From Botryllus schlosseri (Eukaryota), in the NCBI GenBank assembly GCA_051294905.1, contig CM119371.1:18726001-18790000 (forward strand): 64,000 nt of DNA, in the 5' to 3' direction. Both the position numbers and the translations under genes were made by a program. The notes below the pieces were generated by a model, which was not told where the DNA came from, made no database searches, and saw only the letters and a list, made by a program, of their open reading frames with translations. The first letter of the stretch is position 1; every line of letters starts with the position of its first letter. Positions 1 to 9,300 of this stretch are shown here, one piece after another.

Positions 1-3
1 ACG

Positions 4-571
4 GCGTCCTAAACATTGAAGATATGCGGAAACTAGAAATCGCCAAGTTTATGTATCAGTTTCACTGCGGTCGTTGCCCCGAATACTTCAATGACTTCTT
101 TACCTCTGAATCAAAAGCGCACAAGTACAACACACGCGCGTCCATGTCGTCCAAATATCATATGATCGACCGCGAAGATCATCGCTCCATCAAATATGCC
201 GGACCTGATGTGTGGAACAGTATCCCGCCGGCCATCCGACAGTCGACGAGCATGTCCACATTCAAGTCGAACAACAAGCAATTACTACTAAATAAATACA
301 GTACATCCTCAAGATTACCGGACCACGACTGACCTATCGATCTCGCTTCCCATGACATGCCGCCCTATTTCTTGTCGCATTCTTTTTCTATACTATCTTC
401 TTTACTTTCATTCAGTGTGCATGCCTCCTCTTTACATCGCCTAGGCCAAGGTGGGTGTCAGATTCCATAGACTACTCCTTGTCGCTTCGACATCTTCCTG
501 TCTTTTCATTGTATCGCATTTTTGTGGTGTATTGAACTGATAAAATTGCTAATAAACCAATGATGATGATG
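4..571 (+). mobile_element. 5'-truncated CR1-group (Crack/L2/Daphne-like) non-LTR retrotransposon 3' end, copy 1
   Basis: Interrupts spacer TTCACG^TATGAAG; encodes LEIAKFMY..P..F..FF...H.YNTR...SIKY.GP.VWNSIP..I....S...FK...K..LL, typical of the CR1-group ORF2 C-terminus; pyrimidine-rich 3'UTR, AATAAA at 551-556, (ATG)4-5 tail. Family assignment is from motif recognition, not a search. Confidence 0.85.
24..332 (+). pseudogene. C-terminal remnant of LINE ORF2 (post-RT region); not a standalone gene
   Basis: The frame is open back to the truncation point (GVLNIED-MRKLEIAKFMY...), so the ATG is an internal Met. Repeated at 5830, 11352, 12499, 14531, 16562, 20657, 22869. Confidence 0.8.
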
Positions 572-653
572 ATGAAGTATCGCGCGAAATTTGTAATTGT
601 AGTCGGCCTAACGCATTTTCATTATATCGCAATCGTCTTAGAGAAACGGACAA

Positions 654-670
654 TGTCACATAAAACGGCA
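654..670 (+). promoter_or_regulatory. Conserved upstream element with TATA-like ATAAAA at about -30 to -25
   Basis: TGTCACATAAAACGGCA is shared by the otherwise divergent S and L/XL upstream flanks at nearly the same distance from +1 (variant TGTCACTAAAAACGGCA in some L units). Confidence 0.6.
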
Positions 671-689
671 GAAACTGTCTCGATCTGTC

Positions 690-807
690 GCCTACGACCA
701 TACCACGTTGAATATACCCGATCTCGTCCGATCTCGGAAGTCAAGTAACGTTGGGCCCGGTTAGTACTTGCATGGGTGACCGGCAGGGAATACCGGGTGT
801 AGTAGGC
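690..807 (+). rRNA. 5S rRNA: 5S rRNA gene, T57 variant (first copy in window)
   Basis: GCCTAC...GTAGGC helix I ends; loop C CTCGTCCGATC; loop E TTAGTA/GGGAATAC; followed by GGC-TTTTT. Confidence 0.96.
739..786 (+). promoter_or_regulatory. Pol III type 1 internal control region (box A 739-753, intermediate element about 756-761, box C 769-786), present in every copy
   Basis: Positional homology to 5S nt +50 to +97: AGTCAAGTAACGTTG ... TGCATGGGTGACCGGC(A/T)G. Confidence 0.85.
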
Positions 808-1164
808 GGCTTTTTCATTTTTTTCGCACAAACTCGATCAATTTGATCGCTGCGCTGTATTCACGTATGAAGTATCGCGCGAAATTTGTAATTGTAGTCG
901 GCCTAACACATTTTCATGATATCGAAATCTTGTGCTGTTTTTACATGACGAAAATTCCAATAAAATAACTACTCTGACAGCGAGAGCTTACTTGTCTGTT
1001 TTTCGAGCAGACACAAGAACAGAGCAGGACGCCAATGATATTCGACCTCTAGTTGGTCAGAAAGTGCCTCGGCGCAATAAGACTATCTATACTATTCTGG
1101 CGTCTCGTCGACAGCATGGCGACGTAAATTGTCACTAAAAACGGCACAGATCGTAACCACTGTC
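808..1164. repeat. L-class spacer (357 bp; 473-475-bp unit)
   Basis: Shares the first ~120 bp with S, then has an extra ~180-190-bp block and a different proximal flank. Confidence 0.95.
811..824 (+). terminator. Pol III terminator: T5 plus backup T7 (T4GCAT6 before XL spacers)
   Basis: TTTTTCATTTTTTT starts 3 nt after GTAGGC in each unit. Confidence 0.9.
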
Positions 1165-1282
1165 GCCTACGACCATACCACGTTGAATATACCCGATCTC
1201 GTCCGATCTCGGAAGTCAAGCAATGTTTGGCCCGGTTAGTACTTGCATGGGTGACCGGCTGGGAATACCGGGTGTAGTAGGC
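1165..1282 (+). rRNA. 5S rRNA: 5S rRNA gene, C57 variant with CAATGTTTGG helix II (after a long spacer)
   Basis: Same 118-nt frame, reading AAGCAATGTTTGGCCCGG instead of AAGTAACGTTGGGCCCGG. Confidence 0.93.
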
Positions 1283-2409
1283 GGCTTTTTCATTTTTTTC
1301 GCACAAACTCGATCAATTTGATCGCTGCGCTGTATTCACGTATGAAGTATCGCGCGAAATTTGTAATTGTAGTCGGCCTAACACATTTTCATGATATCGA
1401 AATCTCGTGCTGTTTTTACATGACGAAAATTCCAATAAAATAACTACTCTGACAGCGAGAGCTTACTTGTCTGTTTTTCGAGCAGACACAAGAACAGAGC
1501 AGGACGCCAATGATATTCGACCTCTAGTTGGTCAGAAAGTGCCTCGGCGCAATAAGACTATCTATACTATTCTGGCGTCTCGTCGACAGCATGGCGACGT
1601 AAATTGTCACTAAAAACGGCACAGATCGTAACCACTGTCGCCTACGACCATACCACGTTGAATATACCCGATCTCGTCCGATCTCGGAAGTCAAGCAATG
1701 TTTGGCCCGGTTAGTACTTGCATGGGTGACCGGCAGGGAATACCGGGTGTAGTAGGCGGCTTTTTCATTTTTTTCGCACAAACTCGATCAATTTGATCGC
1801 TGCGCTGTATTCACGTATGAAGTATCGCGCGAAATTTGTAATTGTAGTCGGCCTAACACATTTTCATGATATCGAAATCTCGTGCTGTTTTTACATGACG
1901 AAAATTCCAATAAAATAACTACTCTGACAGCGAGAGCTTACTTGTCTGTTTTTCGAGCAGACACAAGAACAGAGCAGGACGCCAATGATATTCGACCTCT
2001 AGTTGGTCAGAAAGTGCCTCGGCGCAATAAGACTATCTATACTATTCTGGCGTCTCGTCGACAGCATGGCGACGTAAATTGTCACTAAAAACGGCACAGA
2101 TCGTAACCACTGTCGCCTACGACCATACCACGTTGAATATACCCGATCTCGTCCGATCTCGGAAGTCAAGCAATGTTTGGCCCGGTTAGTACTTGCATGG
2201 GTGACCGGCTGGGAATACCGGGTGTAGTAGGCGGCTTTTTCATTTTTTTCGCACAAACTCGATCAATTTGATCGCTGCGCTGTATTCACGTATGAAGTAT
2301 CGCGCGAAATTCGTAATTGTAGTCGGCCTAACGCATTTTCATTATATCGCAATCGTCTTAGAGAAACGGACAATGTCACATAAAACGGCAGAAACTGTCT
2401 CGATCTGTC

Positions 2410-2526
2410 GCCTACGACCATACCACGTTGAATATACCCGATCTCGTCCGCTCTCGGAAGTCAAGTAACGTTGGGCCGGTTAGTACTTGAATGGGTGACC
2501 GGCTGGGAATACCGGGTGTAGTAGGC
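2410..2526 (+). pseudogene. 5S variant with A42C, 1-bp C deletion and C82A (also at 8216, 15492, 17523, 23830)
   Basis: CCGCTCTCGG, TTGGGCCGGT, CTTGAATGGG; breaks the 82-94 pair and alters ICR spacing. Confidence 0.7.
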
Positions 2527-2703
2527 GGCTTTTTCATTTTTTTCGCACAAACTCGATCAATTTGATCGCTGCGCTGTATTCACGTATGAAGTATTGCGCG
2601 AAATTTGTAATTGTAGTCGGCCTAACGCATTTTCATTATATCGCAATCGTCTTAGAGAAACGGACAATGTCACATAAAACGGCAGAAACTGTCTCGATCT
2701 GTC

Positions 2704-2821
2704 GCCTACGACCATACCACGTTGAATATACCCGATCTCGTCCGATCTCGGAAGTCAAGTAACGTTGGGCCCGGTTAGTACTTGCATGGGTGACCGGCTG
2801 GGAATACCGGGTGTAGTAGGC
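2704..2821 (+). rRNA. 5S rRNA: 5S rRNA gene, consensus copy of the 295-bp S unit
   Basis: Consensus sequence with 295-bp period (2704, 2999, 3294, 3589). Confidence 0.95.
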
Positions 2822-2998
2822 GGCTTTTTCATTTTTTTCGCACAAACTCGATCAATTTGATCGCTGCGCTGTATTCACGTATGAAGTATCGCGCGAAATT
2901 TGTAATTGTAGTCGGCCTAACGCATTTTCATTATATCGCAATCGTCTTAGGGAAACGGACAATGTCACATAAAACGGCAGAAACTGTCTCGATCTGTC
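2822..2998. repeat. S-class non-transcribed spacer (177 bp; 295-bp unit)
   Basis: Period 295 between 5S starts 2704 and 2999. Confidence 0.95.
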
Positions 2999-3588
2999 GC
3001 CTACGACCATACCACGTTGAATATACCCGATCTCGTCCGATCTCGGAAGTCAAGTAACGTTGGGCCCGGTTAGTACTTGCATGGGTGACCGGCTGGGAAT
3101 ACCGGGTGTAGTAGGCGGCTTTTTCATTTTTTTCGCACAAACTCGATCAATTTGATCGCTGCGCTGTATTCACGTATGAAGTATCGCGCGAAATTTGTAA
3201 TTGTAGTCGGCCTAACGCATTTTCATTATATCGCAATCGTCTTAGAGAAACGGACAATGTCACATAAAACGGCAGAAACTGTCTCGATCTGTCGCCTACG
3301 ACCATACCACGTTGAATATACCCGATCTCGTCCGATCTCGGAAGTCAAGTAACGTTGGGCCCGGTTAGTACTTGCATGGGTGACCGGCTGGGAATACCGG
3401 GTGTAGTAGGCGGCATTTTCATTTTTTTCGCACAAACTCGATCAATTTGATCGCTGCGCTGTATTCACGTATGAAGTATCGCGCGAAATTTGTAATTGTA
3501 GTCGGCCTAACGCATTTTCATTATATCGCAATCGTCTTAGAGAAACGGACAATGTCACATAAAACGGCAGAAACTGTCTCGATCTGTC

Positions 3589-3707
3589 GCCTACGACCAT
3601 ACCACGTTGAATATACCCGATCTCGTCCGATCTCGGAAGTCAAGTAACGTTGGGCCCGGTTAGTACTTGCATGGGTGACCGGCTGGGAATACCGGGTGTA
3701 GGTAGGC
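3589..3707 (+). rRNA. 5S rRNA: 5S variant with +G near the 3' end, always followed by the XL spacer
   Basis: GGGTGTAGGTAGGCGGCTTTTGCATTTTTT; functionality uncertain. Confidence 0.7.
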
Positions 3708-4102
3708 GGCTTTTGCATTTTTTGTGCGCAAACTCGATCGTTTTGATTGCAACTGTTTTGTATGCGCACGTAGGCCTACGTACAACTATGATTGTCATCA
3801 TTTGCTGGCCGCCGCTTATTTCAATTGGTAGTTATACTAGGCCTGACACATTGTCATTATATCGAAATCTCGTGCTGTTTTCACATGACGAAAAGTGCAA
3901 TAAAATAACTACTCTGACAGCGAGAGCTTACTTGTGTGTTTGTCGACAAGATACAAGAACAGAGCAGGACGCCAATGATATTCGACCTCTAATTGGTCAG
4001 AAAGTGCCTCGGCGCAATAAGACTATCTACTATTCTGGCGTCTCGTCGACAGCATGGCGACGGAAATTGTCACATAAAACGGCACAGATCGTAACCACTG
4101 TC
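3708..4102. repeat. XL-class spacer (395 bp; 514-516-bp unit)
   Basis: Divergent, ~40 bp longer 5' part; 3' part homologous to L. Confidence 0.95.
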
Positions 4103-4220
4103 GCCTACGACCATACCACGTTGAATATACCCGATCTCGTCCGATCTCGGAAGTCAAGCAACGTTGGGCCCGGTTAGTACTTGCATGGGTGACCGGCAGG
4201 GAATACCGGGTGTAGTAGGC
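4103..4220 (+). rRNA. 5S rRNA: 5S rRNA gene, C57 variant downstream of an XL spacer
   Basis: AAGCAACGTTGGG gives a Watson-Crick G21-C57 pair closing helix II. Confidence 0.93.
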
Positions 4221-5643
4221 GGCTTTTTCATTTTTTTCGCACAAACTCGATCAATTTGATCGCTGCGCTGTATTCACGTATGAAGTATCGCGCGAAATTT
4301 GTAATTGTAGTCGGCCTAACACATTTTCATGATATCGAAATCTCGTGCTGTTTTTACATGACGAAAATTCCAATAAAATAACTACTCTGACAGCGAGAGC
4401 TTACTTGTCTGTTTTTCGAGCAGACACAAGAACAGAGCAGGACGCCAATGATATTCGACCTCTAGTTGGTCAGAAAGTGCCTCGGCGCAATAAGACTATC
4501 TATACTATTCTGGCGTCTCGTCGACAGCATGGCGACGTAAATTGTCACTAAAAACGGCACAGATCGTAACCACTGTCGCCTACGACCATACCACGTTGAA
4601 TATACCCGATCTCGTCCGATCTCGGAAGTCAAGCAATGTTTGGCCCGGTTAGTACTTGCATGGGTGACCGGCTGGGAATACCGGGTGTAGTAGGCGGCTT
4701 TTTCATTTTTTTCGCACAAACTCGATCAATTTGATCGCTGCGCTGTATTCACGTATGAAGTATCGCGCGAAATTTGTAATTGTAGTCGGCCTAACACATT
4801 TTCATGATATCGAAATCTCGTGCTGTTTTTACATGACGAAAATTCCAATAAAATAACTACTCTGACAGCGAGAGCTTACTTGTCTGTTTTTCGAGCAGAC
4901 ACAAGAACAGAGCAGGACGCCAATGATATTCGACCTCTAGTTGGTCAGAAAGTGCCTCGGCGCAATAAGACTATCTATACTATTCTGGCGTCTCGTCGAC
5001 AGCATGGCGACGGAAATTGTCACATAAAACGGCACAGATCATAACCACTGTCGCCTATGACCATACCACGTTGAATATACCCGATCTCGTCCGATCTCGG
5101 AAGTCAAGCAACGTTGGGCCCGGTTAGTACTTGCATGGGTGACCGGCTGGGAATACCGGGTGTAGTAGGCGGCTTTTTCATTTTTTTCGCACAAACTCGA
5201 TCAATTTGATCGTTGCGCTGTATTCACGTATGAAGTATCGCGCGAAATTTGTAATTGTAGTCGGCCTAACGCATTTTCATTATATCGCAATCGTCTTAGA
5301 GAAACGGACAATGTCACATAAAACGGCAGAAACTGTCACGATCTGTCGCCTACGACCATACCACGTTGAATATACCCGATCTCGTCCGATCTCGGAAGTC
5401 AAGTAACGTTGGGCCCGGTTAGTAATTGCATGGGTGACCGGCTGGGAATACCGGGTGTAGTAGGCGGCTTTTTCATTTTTTTTCGCACAAACTCGATCAA
5501 TTTGATCGCTGCGCTGTATTCACGTATGAAGTATCGCGCGAAATTTGTAATTGTAGTCGGCCTAACGCATTTTCATTATATCGCAATCGTCTAAAAGAAA
5601 CGGATAATGTCACATAAAACAGCAGAAACTGACACGATCTGTC

Positions 5644-5751
5644 GCCTACGACCATACCACGTTGAATATACCCGATCTCGGAAGTCAAGTAACGTTGGGC
5701 CCGGTTAGTACTTGCATGGGTGACCGGCTGGGAATACCGGGTGTAGTAGGC
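5644..5751 (+). pseudogene. 5S pseudogene with 10-bp deletion in helix III/loop C
   Basis: CCCGATCTCG[TCCGATCTCG]GAAG collapsed to CCCGATCTCGGAAG; unit 10 bp shorter. Confidence 0.85.
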
Positions 5752-5809
5752 GGCTTTTTCATTTTTTTCGCACAAACTCGATCAATTTGATCGCTGCGCT
5801 GTATTCACG

Positions 5810-6377
5810 GCGTCCTAAACATTGAAGATATGCGGAAACTAGAAATCGCCAAGTTTATGTATCAGTTTCACTGCGGTCGTTGCCCCGAATACTTCAATGA
5901 CTTCTTTACCTCTGAATCAAAAGCGCACAAGTACAACACACGCGCGTCCATGTCGTCCAAATATCATATGATCGACCGCGAAGGTCATCGCTCCATCAAA
6001 TATGCCGGACCTGATGTGTGGAACAGTATCCCGCCGGCCATCCGACAGTCGACGAGCATGTCCACATTCAAGTCGAAATACAAGCAATTACTACTAAATA
6101 AATACAGTACATCCTCAAGATTACCGGACCACGACTGACCTATCGATCTCGCTTCCCATGACATGCCGCCCTATTTCTTGTCGCATTCTTTTTCTATACT
6201 ATCTTCTTTACTTTCATTCAGTGTGCATGCCTCCTCTTTACATCGCCTAGGCCAAGGTGGGTGTCAGATTCCATAGACTACTCCTTGTCGCTTCGACATC
6301 TTCCTGTCTTTTCATTGTATCGCATTTTTGTGGTGTATTGAACTGATAAAATTGCTAATAAACCAATGATGATGATG
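5810..6377 (+). mobile_element. Truncated CR1-group LINE, copy 2
   Basis: Same junctions (TTCACG|GCGTCC ... ATGATG|ATGAAG); ORF 5830-6138. Confidence 0.85.
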
Positions 6378-9300
6378 ATGAAGTATCGCGCGAAATTTGT
6401 AATTGTAGTCGGCCTAACGCATTTTCATTATATCGCAATCGTCTTAGAGAAACGGACAATGTCACATAAAACGGCAGAAACTGTCACGATCTGTCGCCTA
6501 CGACCATACCACGTTGAATATACCCGATCTCGTCCGATCTCGGAAGTCAAGCAACGTTGGGCCCGGTTAGTACTTGCATGGGTGACCGGCAGGGAATACC
6601 GGGTGTAGTAGGCGGCTTTTTCATTTTTTTCGCACAAACTCGATCAATTTGATCGCTGCGCTGTATTCACGTATGAAGTATCGCGCGAAATTTGTAATTG
6701 TAGTCGGCCTAACACATTTTCATGATATCGAAATCTTGTGCTGTTTTTACATGACGAAAATTCCAATAAAATAACTACTCTGACAGCGAGAGCTTACTTG
6801 TCTGTTTTTCGAGCAGACACAAGAACAGAGCAGGACGCCAATGATATTCGACCTCTAGTTGGTCAGAAAGTGCCTCGGCGCAATAAGACTATCTATACTA
6901 TTCTGGCGTCTCGTCGACAGCATGGCGACGTAAATTGTCACTAAAAACGGCACAGATCGTAACCACTGTCGCCTACGACCATACCACGTTGAATATACCC
7001 GATCTCGTCCGATCTCGGAAGTCAAGCAATGTTTGGCCCGGTTAGTACTTGCATGGGTGACCGGCTGGGAATACCGGGTGTAGTAGGCGGCTTTTTCATT
7101 TTTTTCGCACAAACTCGATCAATTTGATCGCTGCGCTGTATTCACGTATGAAGTATCGCGCGAAATTTGTAATTGTAGTCGGCCTAACACATTTTCATGA
7201 TATCGAAATCTCGTGCTGTTTTTACATGACGAAAATTCCAATAAAATAACTACTCTGACAGCGAGAGCTTACTTGTCTGTTTTTCGAGCAGACACAAGAA
7301 CAGAGCAGGACGCCAATGATATTCGACCTCTAGTTGGTCAGAAAGTGCCTCGGCGCAATAAGACTATCTATACTATTCTGGCGTCTCGTCGACAGCATGG
7401 CGACGTAAATTGTCACTAAAAACGGCACAGATCGTAACCACTGTCGCCTACGACCATACCACGTTGAATATACCCGATCTCGTCCGATCTCGGAAGTCAA
7501 GCAATGTTTGGCCCGGTTAGTACTTGCATGGGTGACCGGCAGGGAATACCGGGTGTAGTAGGCGGCTTTTTCATTTTTTTCGCACAAACTCGATCAATTT
7601 GATCGCTGCGCTGTATTCACGTATGAAGTATCGCGCGAAATTTGTAATTGTAGTCGGCCTAACACATTTTCATGATATCGAAATCTCGTGCTGTTTTTAC
7701 ATGACGAAAATTCCAATAAAATAACTACTCTGACAGCGAGAGCTTACTTGTCTGTTTTTCGAGCAGACACAAGAACAGAGCAGGACGCCAATGATATTCG
7801 ACCTCTAGTTGGTCAGAAAGTGCCTCGGCGCAATAAGACTATCTATACTATTCTGGCGTCTCGTCGACAGCATGGCGACGTAAATTGTCACTAAAAACGG
7901 CACAGATCGTAACCACTGTCGCCTACGACCATACCACGTTGAATATACCCGATCTCGTCCGATCTCGGAAGTCAAGCAATGTTTGGCCCGGTTAGTACTT
8001 GCATGGGTGACCGGCTGGGAATACCGGGTGTAGTAGGCGGCTTTTTCATTTTTTTCGCACAAACTCGATCAATTTGATCGCTGCGCTGTATTCACGTATG
8101 AAGTATCGCGCGAAATTCGTAATTGTAGTCGGCCTAACGCATTTTCATTATATCGCAATCGTCTTAGAGAAACGGACAATGTCACATAAAACGGCAGAAA
8201 CTGTCTCGATCTGTCGCCTACGACCATACCACGTTGAATATACCCGATCTCGTCCGCTCTCGGAAGTCAAGTAACGTTGGGCCGGTTAGTACTTGAATGG
8301 GTGACCGGCTGGGAATACCGGGTGTAGTAGGCGGCTTTTTCATTTTTTTCGCACAAACTCGATCAATTTGATCGCTGCGCTGTATTCACGTATGAAGTAT
8401 TGCGCGAAATTTGTAATTGTAGTCGGCCTTACGCATTTTCATTATATCGCAATCGTCTTAGAGAAACGGACAATGTCACATAAAACGGCAGAAACTGTCT
8501 CGATCTGTCGCCTACGACCATACCACGTTGAATATACCCGATCTCGTCCGATCTCGGAAGTCAAGTAACGTTGGGCCCGGTTAGTACTTGCATGGGTGAC
8601 CGGCTGGGAATACCGGGTGTAGTAGGCGGCTTTTTCATTTTTTTCGCACAAACTCGATCAATTTGATCGCTGCGCTGTATTCACGTATGAAGTATCGCGC
8701 GAAATTTGTAATTGTAGTCGGCCTAACGCATTTTCATTATATCGCAATCGTCTTAGAGAAACGGACAATGTCACATAAAACGGCAGAAACTGTCTCGATC
8801 TGTCGCCTACGACCATACCACGTTGAATATACCCGATCTCGTCCGATCTCGGAAGTCAAGTAACGTTGGGCCCGGTTAGTACTTGCATGGGTGACCGGCT
8901 GGGAATACCGGGTGTAGTAGGCGGCTTTTTCATTTTTTTCGCACAAACTCGATCAATTTGATCGCTGCGCTGTATTCACGTATGAAGTATCGCGCGAAAT
9001 TTGTAATTGTAGTCGGCCTAACGCATTTTCATTATATCGCAATCGTCTTAGAGAAACGGACAATGTCACATAAAACGGCAGAAACTGTCTCGATCTGTCG
9101 CCTACGACCATACCACGTTGAATATACCCGATCTCGTCCGATCTCGGAAGTCAAGTAACGTTGGGCCCGGTTAGTACTTGCATGGGTGACCGGCTGGGAA
9201 TACCGGGTGTAGTAGGCGGCATTTTCATTTTTTTCGCACAAACTCGATCAATTTGATCGCTGCGCTGTATTCACGTATGAAGTATCGCGCGAAATTTGTA

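Noticed and set aside
24..332. 102-aa ORF as an independent small gene
   Set aside because: The frame runs to the insertion junction and the motifs match a LINE ORF2 C-terminus; no separate promoter or RT domain is present.
4..571. Active 5S-specific retrotransposon (Mutsu/Tx1-like or R-element)
   Set aside because: The insertion is in the spacer rather than the gene, all copies have identical truncation, and the motifs and tail are CR1-group; no endonuclease or RT domain is present.
560..574. (ATG)5 as poly-Met start or independent microsatellite
   Set aside because: It is the LINE 3' tail fused to the target ATG.
1028..1104. Bona fide tRNA gene in the long spacer
   Set aside because: Arm spacing does not fit a cloverleaf; no TTCRA T-loop in the correct position and no adjacent T4 terminator.
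808..1164. Spliced-leader RNA or U snRNA linked to 5S
   Set aside because: No recognisable SL exon with AG|GT donor plus Sm site, and no U1/U2/U4/U5/U6 similarity seen by eye; an Rfam search is still needed to exclude divergent forms.
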